Part shown: piece by piece, positions 39,410 through 53,300 of the stretch
How the letters are laid out: the number at the start of each line of letters is the position of its first letter
How positions within the stretch are numbered: the first letter of the stretch is position 1
Assembly (NCBI GenBank): GCA_017654855.1
Contig: CM030337.1
Location: 186,001 to 250,000, forward strand
Direction: 5' to 3'
DNA length: 64,000 nucleotides
Source of the DNA: Podospora anserina
Lineage: Eukaryota
Notes under the pieces: model-generated
Seen by the model: only the letters and a program-made list of their open reading frames with translations
Databases searched by the model: none
Told to the model about the DNA's origin: nothing
Translations under genes and position numbers: made by a program

Positions 39410-39550
39410 TCTTTTTGATTTTTTTCTTTGGTTTTTTTGGGTTTTTTTTTGGTTTTTTTCCTTTTTGGTTTTTTTCCTTTTTGGTTTTTTTTCTTTTTGT
39501 TTTTTTTTCTTTTTGTTTTTTTTATTACTTTCGCTTTTTCTTTAATTTTT
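39410..39550. repeat. T-rich degenerate tandem tract
   Basis: Repeated T6-8 runs punctuated by GG/CC/C. Confidence 0.7.
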
Positions 39551-39610
39551 TATGAGGATTTTTTAGTATCTCTAACTATATACTTTGGTATGTTTACTAA
39601 AGTATATAAT

Positions 39611-39748
39611 TGTTATGGTATGGTATAAATTGACCAAGTGCTACACAGGAATACAACTACTATAGCCCTGCAGGCCCAGAGTACAACAACCAGGGAGCAA
39701 CTAGAATGGTAACCCCACATATCCCCAGGCAGAGTATATACTGTGACA
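39611..39748. mobile_element. Very short (138 bp) solo-LTR-like insertion
   Basis: Starts TGTTAT (RIP form of TGTCAC), ends GTGACA, flanked by TSD ATAAT; GC-richer than its flanks. Confidence 0.65.
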
Positions 39749-41293
39749 ATAATATCTTTATATTTTCTTTTTAATTTATTAACTTTATTAACTTATTTAC
39801 TATTTTCTTTTTAAATAGAAAAGAAATTTAAAAGAAGGCTTCTAAGATTTAAAACTGAGTATCTTTTTCATTTAGACAGTTTATTACTAGTATTTATGAC
39901 ATACTCGTTACTAATTGAGTTATTAGTCTATTTATACTTCAAATAAGTTGACATAATTCAGGTAGATTTAATTAGTTTATATTCGTTACTTTATTCATTT
40001 ATAGATCCATTAATATATAAATTGGTATTATTTAAATGAACTTAAATCTTTCATATTAGTCATAAAAAAGACATAATCACGATTAATATAATATTAGTAA
40101 TAATTGGTGAGCTTTTGATATATCATAGCCACTAATTTAAGTATTCTAATTCAATTCCAGTTATCTATTATTAGAATCTATTTATTATTAAATGATATAA
40201 TATTAATAATATCCCTTAAAATAGTATAATACAACTTTAGGGGAAAATAATTGTTGTTAATATTTACTACTTGGCTATTTAATATGTAGAGTTTAATATT
40301 AGGCATCATATTGATTGAATCTTCATTTCAATTATTAATTTCAATTCTCTCTAGAGTTTTGTGGTCTTAACAAAGAACTTGATATACTATTTAAGCTTAT
40401 AAAATATAATGTTTTTATTAATTATATTATATATAGGTATTTTTTCATTGATATTGATAATTTAACTTAATATTACGCTATTAAGGGGCTTTCAATGATA
40501 ATGAGCTAAAGTATGGATTATTCTTAATATATTAATTAGCTTCAATATAATATTACTAGTCTTTAGTATTTTTAAATTCATTAAGTTTCATTGTTTACAT
40601 AATTACTAGCCATAGACTTCAGTATAGTATTTCCAATTATATTAATAAATGAACGTTTATTATTCATTTTTCTATTACTTTGAAGGTATTCTCTAAATGT
40701 ATTTTTTGCAATTTTTGTAATAAAACCATCGTTTTTATTTTATAATCTAATAACTTTGCTAATTGAACTTTAGAATTTTATTTGTTTAGTTTTAATCAAT
40801 TTTATAAGATCATCTTTTACCACGATTCAATTTAACTATTTTATGAAGTTTTGTTTATTTATTTTCGCTAATTACTTCTTAATAAATAGTAAACCTTTTA
40901 GAAGCATATATTCATAAGTATGAAGCGCTGGTCCTATAACTAAGCCTATATCATATATAATCTATACTCTTCATCTTAGCTTGGTCCGGTATTATATTTA
41001 TATATTATAAAGAATTTTCTTTTTTTCCTAAATTCCATAGTAAATTTATATATGTGAAGGAAATAAATTAATTTATATTTATATATTATACTAAATACTG
41101 TCTTTAATAGTATCATTGTTTCATACTAATCAACTACAACGTTTACAAGATCCTGTTAAATTATTAATATTTTACCTTTAGCAGGTTAACCTAATAGTAC
41201 TATATATCGATCCTTTATTTTATCTTTTATATAAAATTTATTTCTATATTTTATTCTTACTATATTACTTAGTAAGTTATTTACTTTATGATA

Positions 41294-43144
41294 ACGTACA
41301 TTATAAGCGAGTGCACCATATAAGCGAGTGCACCACTTTCCACCACCCTATAAATACTATCCTCAATTACACCACATCAACATAAGGAATTAACTATAAT
41401 TACATCAGAAACAGCTGAATCAGATGCTTCTGCAGCCTCCTGGCAAGTGCGCGCATTATAGCCAGGCTTACCGCATACACCACAGCACTGAACCTTCGTA
41501 CGAGCCCCCCCTGCATTACTACTATCCGGTTGCGTTTCTTACACTCCCTCCTTATCCACGGCCTTCTAATCTAGTAGATCCTGTGCCTCTTATACAGTAA
41601 GTGACCCTCCAAACCTCATACGTGTTTTTTTGGTTCTCCGGCGCTTATTTAGTGCCTTATTAGCCTTACGGAGCGAAGAAACCTCTGCACGAAGGAGAGC
41701 CACCTAGTATATTATAGCCGTTATACCTTTAATAAGCTAGTCTACCGTAGCCAGTATTAAAGTCGGGGAGCTATTTTGATAGTTAGTAATACGAGTTTTA
41801 ATAAGCGTTAACTGTAAGTTAGCTTTTCGAGGGTTGTATAGTGTCTGGGAGACCTAAGGTTATATAGTGCCGGGCCGTAAGTTTAGAGGTATTAGCGTAC
41901 GAAGCTTTATATTTAGCTTAAAAAGCACCCTCTTTAGATCGTACGGTATAAGGCTAATACCCGTAAAGCTACCCTATATATTCTTTTTTACTATAGAGGC
42001 GAAAAAGGCATAGAGGAACTCGAGCTTACTTATATAGTTGATATATATACGTATTAATTCCTTGATTTAGCGACCGTATACCTATTTTAATGGCTTAAAT
42101 TAATTAATATCGAGTAGCTGGAGGAGGTGGGAGGAGTATAGAGGTATATAGAGTGTAATAATAATATTTTGTTAGTAGTAGCGCTCGAATTTAGTTAAGT
42201 AGTAACTTTCGTAGCTGTTAAGGATTAATAACCGGTATTTATCCTTTATACGGAACGCTATATAATAATCGAAATATTTAATCTAATCTAGGCCTACTAG
42301 ATTAGTAATCTAGTTATTATCGATAGTTATAATATACTGGGTAAACGGTAAGTTATACTTAGTATACTAGTTAGTAAGGTAATATTATGCGGTTAAAATA
42401 ATAAAAGGAGGGATGGCCTAGCCGAAGGTATTAACTCCCTGAATTACTGTTACCCATTCGCGGTTACTAGACTGGGCCAGTTTCGCTTAACTAAGGCCGT
42501 CCGAAGTCGTAATTACTATACTCGCGAAAATAATACCTATCATAAACCTAGTCTCGTCGAAATTATAAATATCGTTATCTACAATACCGTACTTAGCCAT
42601 AGTATTCCGTACAAGCGCAAACCACTCGCTAATAACCTTTAGATCCTCGCACTTAGCCCTCAGGTAGTCGTACCTACGCGTATACCGCGTACGGAGCTGT
42701 GGCTGGCGTTTAACGAAGTTATGTGCCCAGAGCTTACCAATAGGGGGCGCGTCGCGTACGCGTAGTAGTTGGTTGGCCATATCTTCCACACTACGCACTC
42801 TTGGTAGAAAAGCTCGCGCACATAGCTCAATAATATATTGGATAATAGCATCCTCTTCGGGTTGAGTAAGCTTCTTCGATTTGGGTGTAGTATCGCGTCG
42901 TGCAGGCCGGCTAGCGCGTCGTCGTAAGAGAGTCGTATGGTGGACGTTGTAGATCTATCCTGCGGCTCGGAGGCTGAGATTTTTATCTTTTTCAAGAGCT
43001 TAGAGGGCTAGGATCACCCTGGCTTCCTTTAAAGTAGGAGGCATATTGGGTTGTGTAGAAAAAGTCGATGTTGCGTGGAAGGATGGTGCGTGGCTTAAAA
43101 AGTGGTGCACTCGCTTATATGGTGCACTCGCTTATAATATACGT
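41294..43144 (-). mobile_element. Fot1/pogo-type Tc1-mariner DNA transposon, RIP-inactivated
   Basis: About 46-bp TIRs starting ACGT, each with two TATAAGCGAGTGCACCA repeats; TA TSD; 1851 bp. Confidence 0.93.
41376..43044 (-). pseudogene. DDE transposase pseudogene (HTH-CENPB + DDE_1 + C-terminal Zn knuckle)
   Basis: MPPTLKEARVILAL*AL..., VEDMANQLLRVRDAPPIGKLWAHNFVKR, DIYNFDETRF, C-terminal CGVCGKPGYNARTC; many CAA>TAA-type stops. Confidence 0.9.
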
Positions 43145-46100
43145 TATGGGTTTTTACCTTTCAGTATTAATATAAACTACAAAATAAAAGTTATAGAGTA
43201 AACAAACTCTTTATTTGATGAGTATATTTGATTTATATACTGAATTATCATGGCTGATTAACGTATTAATATAACCTGTTTCTTATTCACAAAATCTTAG
43301 AAACAGCTTTTCTAACAAATTATAACTATAATATACCTCTAACTAAACTGTATTAAATATACATAGTATTCTTTGGAAACTATTATATATTTTATTTTTA
43401 ATTACTATATAAACTGCAATAACTTTAGTTTCTTCTTGATATATAGTATAGTACATTACTACTTTGAAGATTAGTATTTCTATATTTAGTGGTAAATCTA
43501 CGATTAGTTGTAGTTGAAATTCTAAAACGAATTTTATTAGTAATAAAATAGATGCTAACAACTTTACTGTATGTAATAGTATTAAAATACTGGTACTGTT
43601 TTTATGTTTAACATTTCATAGTTTCCAAAGTATAATAGTTAACAGTAATCTTAATATTTTAGTTTCTTTACTTAATTGCTTTTTTTATTTATGAATGCGA
43701 GGCTATTTTTAATTACAATTTGACTTTTGTAACTTCAAACTACTTTACTATAGTTACTTACTTATCAATTTAGGGTTTTTATCAGAAAGAATTCTAAAAG
43801 AAATCCCTCATTACTATGGTATAACTGTGAAATATATTAATAAGTTTTGCTTTTTACTATTTATACATAACTATCAAAGATTAATATTATTGAATAATTA
43901 TATTTTACTATTATAATTCTTATAATATTTTTTCTTGTCTTTAGAATAGCTTATATTTTAAATAGTCTTTTGATATATATCACTATAATGAAATAAATAT
44001 AAATAGTATAATATCAGGATATTTTACATTTAATCAAATTAGTTCAATGAACATTTTTATTCAAGATGTTAAGTCGATAGTTTAGATTAAATAATGAATG
44101 ATATAGTTTTCATTATTTTCATAATTTAAATAATAAACACAATTTTAGAAATAAATATCCTTTTTTTGCACTTAAAGTAATAATAATCTTTATATAGAAT
44201 TCTCGCACATTACAATCAGAAATCTTTCGAAAATATAACACAAAAAATTTTAATATCTAATAAAATACTTTATTTTTCAACATGCATAAATACTTCAATA
44301 TTCTGTATGTTTTCCTTGAAATTATACTTAATTCAAACAAATTAGCATTTCTTCAGTCAAATATACGAAAAATATAGTTTAGATTAATTAATGATATATT
44401 CAATTCATTATGATTTATTATGAACTTCAAAGTAAAATTCTCAATGTGAACTATTTTTAATAATATATTAATATTTATAATGATATCATGAAATTCTAAT
44501 ATGTCTATACCAATCTTTCTATTTTTAGTTTTATCAATTAAAACCTTTTTTTCATAAACATTAGATTAATTTTAGGAACATAGAGAATTATAGATTATTG
44601 AATCAAATATTTTTGTAAATCTTTAAATACATTAATTTCGTTTATTAGTATAAAGTTCCCCTTGAATACAAACTTTATTTCTATAATTGCAATAGCATCA
44701 TTTTATACTGTTTTTCTTTAGTTTCCTTTAGTAATATGAGTTTTTTATCTGTTACAAATTATTTGATTTGTTAGTAAGGTATTAAAGATATATAATAATA
44801 GCCAAGTAAGTAATAGTATAAAACGTTACCAGTCTGCAGTAACGAAAAATGTATTAATATCTCAAAACTTTTTATCAATATAGTATTTATATCTAAATAC
44901 TACAAGTCTAGCTAGATAAGTACCAATTTATTATTCAATAAATTATAGTCCAGTGTTAGGGGGTCCTAACGTGATAATAGAATAAAGTTAAGTTATTCAA
45001 ACTACTATTCATTAGAATTGAGTTTAACATATAAGCCTAATATAGGTTAGCTATTAATACAGCTGATGAAAATAGTTATAATTACTATTTATAGCGTAAG
45101 ACAGATGTAAATAATAAACGCTGATAATAAATAATATAAATAAAGCAATTAAATCGACTAAAAACAGTAAGTTACCCGAACAAAAAGACGATATAGTATA
45201 AGAGGTAAGTAATCTAGTTTGTTGCCTAATATACTAGCCGTCGCCTAATATACCATTAAAACCTATTATTTATCCTTAAATTATTAAAATTTAGCAGGGA
45301 CCAGCCAGGTCTTCATTGGTAAGGAGCTTCTTCACAAGGGGTAATGTAAAGAAATATAAGATTAAAAAATGTATATATACTAATTTCTATAAATATCTTC
45401 GTTACCTCTAACTATTTACTAAGTATACATCCTCCCATTAATCTTATACTATTTTAATACTACACCTTTCCCCTTCGCCCTAATCGGACATATAAATTTT
45501 ATATTTAATTTAATTATTCCGTTTACTTAAAATTTCTTAATTATGTAATCATTTTAAAAAAAAACTTTGCAATAACTTGAGAGTATATATAACCCGTTTC
45601 AAATTAATTTTGCAAATTCATTTACGTATTTAAAACCACAGTATATTAAGTTATTAGTCTACATTCTGTTAAAAACAATGGATTAAAAGATATTTAATTT
45701 ATAAATTCTATTTTAATGGTTATTAACAATTAGCTTTTCAAAGGCTCTCATGATATAACTTTTGATTAGATAGGTTGTTTGGCTTCTATAAAATGATAAA
45801 ACTAAACATGATTCTTAATATTATATACCAGGACTTAGGTTTATAAAAAGTAATAAACTTTTCAACATTTACATAAAAAGAATATTACATTTGTATTGTA
45901 TTTCTGCATACTACAGTAAGGGTTTCTTATGTTAATCAGCTTTTTAACTAATAAAAACCCGATTTATAATACATAGTTTTCTTAAAGACATATAATGTTA
46001 CCCTTCGCAGCTATTGTAGCCACTCGCTAATAGTGGTTATTTTACAGTTTTGATAATAGGTAGAGCTACTATTCCTGCCTCTATACTATGCACCGGCGAT

Positions 46101-46352
46101 TATTTCTTTTAAAAATAAATATTTATTTAAAGAATAATAATAATAAAATATAATAATAAAAAAGAATATAATGAGAAAGATATTATTTATACTAGTTACG
46201 GGTAGATGAGCGGTAAAAAGATTATTGGCGAGGGTACAAAAAACTAAAAGTTATAAAGTATTCGAAAAGTTAACCTACATTGGGTAAATTTACTCTTTTT
46301 ATCTTACATTAACATCAGTTATTAAAACATGAAATGCTTTGTTATTAAATAC

Positions 46353-46392
46353 CCACACAGACACACACACACACGCACATATATATATATAT
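46353..46392. repeat. Compound (CA)n(TA)n microsatellite
   Basis: cacacagacacacacacacacgcacatatatatatatat. Confidence 0.8.
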
Positions 46393-46783
46393 TATTACTT
46401 TAAGTAAACTGACGTATTCATTATTCTTGTATTTATTTTAGTTATCAATGTTACATTCAACATTTTCATATGTTCCTTTAATAAAGGGAATAATTACTGA
46501 AAAAAACAAATAAGTACCATAGAAAATAAACTATCATGAAAGATCTTTTAATCTTTGATATTAAATGAATAGCTTTTAAGTTTAAGAAATTATAATCAAT
46601 TCCCTTCCTGATGAGACCTTGATTTGAAAATACAATTAATGTAATTTGAATATCTAAAACATGAAGACTGAATATAAATTTTTTTATGTAAAATATTTTA
46701 AACTTTAATTTACATCTAGTAAGATTAATTATATATTATATAAGACTTATTAACTTATCATAAATAGCCTTTGATATGAAAAT

Positions 46784-47031
46784 CGTCACGAAGCTGAGGT
46801 GCCAATAGGTTAAGGCCAATACTGTATTCCTGTAGCTAATGTAATCGTGAGATAAAGAAGAAAAAAGAAAATGAAGGTTTGTGTGTGGCCAGTCTTGTTC
46901 TCTAATATATCCTTGCCCTGCTCTGCCTGGCCTGTACCTTCCTCCTGCTCTCCCCTTGGCCGCAGCCTCCCTGCTCTCTCTGCTCCCTGCACCCCTAACC
47001 CGTCCTGTGCTCTCTGCCGTATGCCGTCACA
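46784..47031. mobile_element. Solo LTR D of an unrelated family (248 bp)
   Basis: CGTCAC...GTCACA ends, TSD AAAAT, pyrimidine-rich CCTGCT-repeat half beyond a TAATATAT box; GC island in AT-rich DNA. Confidence 0.7.
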
Positions 47032-49457
47032 AAAATAAATAAAATTTAGTTCTACAAAAGTAAAATTTATCAATAGAGATATATAGTGACCTATACCCCT
47101 CACAAATCATTTAATATAGTTAAATTTAGGTTTGATAAACTTCCATAGCTGTATATTATATTTGCTATGAACTAGTATTTAAGCATTTTAGTAGTAGCTA
47201 CTTAGTATTTTACCGGATTAGTTTTCTTCCTGTTTTTTTTGGCGATTACGTTCATTAATAAGCTTCCCTATTTGATAATATACCTTTCCTATACTTAATT
47301 TCTTTAATATAGTTATAATTCAAGTAATAAAATATTCTGAAATTATTCCGATTGAATCAATGAATCTTTATGTTAATAATTCCTCAAATTGGAAAAAACA
47401 ATTTCGCCTTCTACTTTTTTTATTATAGTAGAGGTAAGGTAGTATTCAAAGCAATTAAAAAATAAGGCTATCATTTATTTAAGATTGGGTTAGGTAAATA
47501 TATTTACTTTTAATGTAAAACTAGTAAATCAAGTAATATTCAAGTTATTAAACATACCGGTTAAAGTAATACAGATCAATAGCTTATTAACTAGTCTACA
47601 AAGTATATGTTAATTATAAGAGGATGTATTAATAGAAGAGAAGTAGTATAGAAGAACAAAAGTGATAAATATTATTTACATCATTTACCAAGAAACAAAC
47701 GGTAAGGGAGTTGCTAACTAAGCTATAAGTAATTGATAACATGAGAGGCGTTTAAAGGTTGAATTATACTATTATATTAGGTAAATCTAATAAGTTTAAC
47801 AATTACAGCTTGAGAAGTAAAAGTTATGTAATATGCATAGGTGTATCCTTTAGTAAAAATCCACATCTATTAAAATAAATAACGGTTTTATTAATTTTCT
47901 TTATGTTTCTTCTAACATGATAATGCTATTTTATATTTGTTTTGTGATTATTTTACTTACTTAGAATAATTTAAAAGTTTGGATAAAATATACATAAAAT
48001 AACTAAATAAGATAAATGCTTCTATGTATTATTTTGAAACCTTGAAATCTCTTTAAGAAAGCTAATTGACGAAAAGCTATAATTCTATTTACAAATATTT
48101 AAAGTTTTAATTAATGAATAATGAGGCATCATTCTAACTGATGAATACTATATTAAGCTTTTTATGCTTTATATATTTTTTAACATCAGTTCATTTTGAT
48201 ATAATAAATAGATTTTTAATTAATAAAAAAGTAAAATGACATCAATTCTTGATGCAGACTTTGTTCTTTTTCGATGAATTTAAATTATACTTTAAAAGAA
48301 ATAAATAATCCTTAAAAACGTGTTTTTAATTTGATTAATATAAATTACTTGAACATCTTTCTTTAACCATATTTTATGCCATTTTTCGGCATATAAAAAT
48401 TAAACATAAAACCGGCATAAGTTTCATATAATAAATTATGTACATTTAATTATAACAATAAGTATAAATATTATTGAATATTTTTTTATTTTGCCTGCTT
48501 AATGGAAATTAACGTAACCTTTATCGTATACTACTTTTACAAACTATTACCCAAAGGAATTTATATTATTTTATCTATCAAAATATTCAACGTTTTTTTT
48601 ATCTACTTTTAATACTAATTATTTTTCAATAATATTATTTAATCTTGGAGTAAAGTGATTATTAACTATACTGATCTGTACCCGAACTTTTGTATTATCT
48701 TGCTCAATAATCTTATTATGTTAACTAAATATTCTTCTCAAGATTATAAATAATTCATTATTAAAATTCCGAGCTAAAAAAACTAAGCATATCCTTACTA
48801 TATCATTGAGGATATAAATCTTTAAATGTCAATCATATAGTTATTAAATTTCAAGGTTCGTAAAGAAATCAAGATTAATTAATAGTTTTTTTAAAAGTTA
48901 TTTCCTTAACAATCGTGCATTAGAATAAAATAACACTCTTTTAGATTATTATTTTAAGAATTAGATTATTAAACAATTCGAGTATAAAATCAAAAAAACT
49001 ACGGTAAAGCCAAAGAAGGTAAGATACAATGTTTCAGTGGTAGCCCTACCTAATATCCCAAAATAATAGACTAAGCTTAAAAACAGGGAGTTTATAAAGC
49101 CCCGAGCATAGGTAATGTTTTTTAATACCTCGAATAATACAAAACGATTTAGTATTACTTTATGACAATTTAATAGAACATAATAGACTCCTTGGTTAAT
49201 ATTAAAAAAATATAATTACTTACCAAAATAACTATCAAAAGACACTAACTAAAAACGTCTTATTTTTTGTATATTTAAAAACCCTAATGATGAAATAATA
49301 AATTAATCGGTATAGATTAACTGCTTACTTTGTAATATTTTAATACTATCAATAAAATATAGAATATTATGAATAAATCAAAATCAGTTATTTTCATAAT
49401 ATTCAGTTTTGCTTCATGAATTGAAATTAAAATTTCTTTAGAATAAAAGTAAATTAA

Positions 49458-49838
49458 TGTCATAGTTAAGCTAACAGCAGGTCAGACATTGTGAGGGGCG
49501 CGGGGCGCCAGCAGCTAATCATTAGGGAATCAATAGAAAGTGGAGCGCCGGGGAGTGGTAGGATCACGGTGATCCAAGTGATCCTAAGGTGAGGGAAGTG
49601 ATCCAGGATCACGCTTGGCGAATTGATCCCGGTGATCCACTAGTGTATATATACGGAGGAATTAGATGCGTAGCAGATAGTTCCGCAGTATGCAATATAA
49701 GTTACATTCGTTGGTATTAACACTACTGTGATTGAGGTAAGCTATTGTGGTGCACTATTTAGCTGCACCGAACTGTATTGTCTAGAATCACCTTCCACTA
49801 GGATCGCTTTCAGAGATTCTGGATAGAGCTTCGTCACA
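49458..49838 (+). mobile_element. Solo LTR E (family A-C, opposite orientation, GATC-rich half)
   Basis: TGTCAT...TTCGTCACA, TSD ATTAA; reverse complement aligns to LTR B. Confidence 0.85.
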
Positions 49839-50157
49839 ATTAAACAAAATTAATTATTTGATAAATATAATCTGAACTATAATCAATAAAAGTAAAAGAA
49901 ATCGGTTAGGATCTAATTTAAGCGAGTAATTTAATTAAACAAAACACATATTTAAAGTAAAATGTATTAAGAATATTATTAACATACTATGAAAATAATA
50001 CAACAAAAATTCGAAAACAAATAATAAAAAAGGAAAAGTTTTTTTAAAAAGAATTATCACAGTAATATACAGATAATAGAGAAATAGTACAGGATTAAAG
50101 AAGGGACGATATAGAAAGAATAGAACATTAATAGAACAGTAATATATGAATAACATA

Positions 50158-50310
50158 AAGATAATAAAAAGATGATAAAAGGATAATAAAAGGATAATAA
50201 GAAGATAATAAAAAGATAATAAAAAGATAATATAAAGGTAATATAACGGTAATATAAAAATAATATAAAGATAATATAAGGATAATATAAAGATGATATA
50301 AAGATGATAA
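50158..50310. repeat. Degenerate 11-12-bp minisatellite (GATAATAAAAAG / GATAATATAAA)
   Basis: About 13-14 successive units visible. Confidence 0.75.
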
Positions 50311-53300
50311 TTGCGGATAATATTCGTTTATTATTAAAGATTACTAAGGATACCTAAAAGGTTAAGATATGAACATACCTATAACACTGTAGGTCCCCGG
50401 CTTATAAAGAAGTCCCTTACTCGTAGGGATTGAATTAACTAGATCCCTATAAGTGGAGAGACTATATTATAATAGATAAATTAAAGTGTATAATTTAAAA
50501 GGCTTTCATCATGACTTTTTAAAACGAAAGATTATGTTCTAGTTAGTAAAACCTTTATTTTTCAATATCGGATTAGCAAATACACTTCAACAAAAGGGAT
50601 TTTTGAAATTAAACTTAGAACTTATAAATTCATAATTTTATAATATATCATATTAGAAATATAAACCACCATGAACTATAATTGATTTGAAAGACTTCAA
50701 CGAAAAATAAATTATAATATTGTAAATTATATTGAGACTTATAACAATGAATATTAAAACTATTTAATAAGACTATAAATATTAGAAGAAAAGATAATAT
50801 TGCTATTATAGCATTTAAATACTGTATAAATACTGTAAAGAAAGATTTAACTAAAGATTTCTTTTTATACATATAAAAGTTAAACCTTCTAAAATTAAAT
50901 TCGGTGTTATAAAAAAACCTAAATTTACTTTAAGTTCTTTATATTTACTAAATTTAAACTTAATAAAGTGTTATTTAAGTCAGTTGTATAAGACTTCTTG
51001 AATATTCATTATGATAATAAAACCAAATTTATTATTAATATTTAATAAGTCAAAATTTATGGTTAACTTCCATTCATGGTTTTTCAAGAGTTGAATTATC
51101 AATAATCTAATTTAAAACACAGATATATTGATAAATATATTACTTTTCAATGTACTCAGATACACTAATTTATTAGGTCTTTATAAGTGGAAAGCCTTTA
51201 TATAAAGGTTAAGGTATAGATGTGTAAAGTCACAAGATACTGTTGAATAAATCCTCTCCAATATTCTATTTACCTTATACAATTAACAGACTAAATTTCC
51301 TCCTACTGACTCTATATATTTCTAATATTATTTAGTTTCTTTTCACTTTGATTAAAAGTAACAAATGTTATATCTAATTTATTCATTCATTGTATTCGGA
51401 AATCTCAAATTATATAATAGTATTAATAAGTTTTTAATAGTTTTGAATTTGCATTTCTTTAAAATAAACTTTTTTTATTAATAATATAAGATAAAGATAT
51501 ATTAAAACTATTCATTTAGGTTTATTAAAAATGAAAGGTTAAAATCCATTTTGAGAATTAATACTTATTTCATAATTATGAATACATAATGTGAGAAAGA
51601 TTAGGGTCTTGAGACATAGAAATTCTATATTTGATCCTATAGTAGTAGGCATTAAACATTTTTCAATATTCAATGGAATTTGATACTGTATAAACATTTT
51701 TTGCTTCAATAATAATTTAGCAATTTATTGAATTGATTCTTTTTTCATATAAAACCATTTTTTTAGAATAGTTTTCTTAAAGGCTTATAATATTATTCTG
51801 GACGGCTATTTTACCTTTTCATTATAAATGGTAATCTCATTATTTAAGTAGTGAGCAAGGCTACTATTTCTTTCTCTTATGTTATACCCGGTACTTTTTT
51901 TAAAAAAAGAACACATTACCTATTGTTCAATAGAACTTATCATTTGCTATAAAGTTCAGTTTTAAATTTTAACTGCCATACTGTGTTGAAAACGATATTT
52001 ATTTCTGTTCTACTTACAAATTAAATAACCTTTATAATTGAAATAATTATACAATTTATCCTTCTAATCAAAGAAAACAAAAAAAGTATTATACCGAAAT
52101 AATAAAAAATTAATACAAGAAAATAAAATTAATCAAAAGTAAAAAAAATAGTTAAGAATTAAAATAGAATAATTTTTTCCCTTTGAATTTTTCTACCTTA
52201 ATACTTATCATGCAACCTCCTGCCTGAAAAAAATCAAAATTCCTTAAGTAGAAATTAATAATAATTCTAACAATATTCAAAAATATTTCTAAAGTACATG
52301 ATGGCTTATAGTTTGTTTATTTCACAAAACTAAATGTGATTTACCTTTTCAAGGTTCTTATCTATTTATGACTTCCGTTTTTTTTAAATATACCCTAATC
52401 CAATTAACCTTTTTTTAAATAAAAAAAACCACAACTAATTTAACTATTAAGCGTTTCTATAAACCTGTAAAACTTTATATCTTTGAATATATCCTTAGTA
52501 AGGCCTGTTATGGTTTTATTAAAACTGTTTATGGACATAGAATGATACTTTTTGAAAGCTTAATTTATAGTTAAGGGTAAAATCACGTTTCAATCTTTGA
52601 AATTTGTTAGTAAATATTCAAAAGTAAAAATAAACCTTTGTATTTTTGAAATATCTCATAAATCTGTGTATTAGCGAAAAAACTTAATATTACAAATATA
52701 AAATAACTGTCAGAATTTTATAAGGCTTTTATAAAAAATTGTTCTTCAAAAATCGCGGGAGTCCAGTATAAGAAAACCAAATTGAAGTTCTACTCACTAT
52801 TAAATAAAAAACTTAATAAATTCAAAAGCTCCCTGCTTTATAGAGGGGCCTGCTATTTATGTGGACATAGTTAGCTGGATCCTGAGGCGTAAAGAGATAT
52901 ATTCTAATACTATTTATATAGTAACATATAAAAATATCATGAATCTATCCGTACAATTATAATTGTATTTTAATATTGATTTATTTATATATTTCTTGAT
53001 TATTATTCCTCATAATAAACATCGGACTTTTCATTTGAAAATATCAACTTAAGTCTCCAATCATATAATATAGTGAGTTTATAATAAGTTTACTAATCTA
53101 TAGACCTAATACCTAGGTTTTTTATGATTCTTTTACTATTATTCTTACAGTTAAATAAGTGAAGAATATATAACATTATATAGTTTCAACAGATGTTAAG
53201 TCTAATAACATATTCTAGTTTTTAACTTTCCTTTTGCATCGTTTCATAACTTTTTTATATTCTGATACGCTTTTGAAATATATCCAACAAACCTTTTTTA

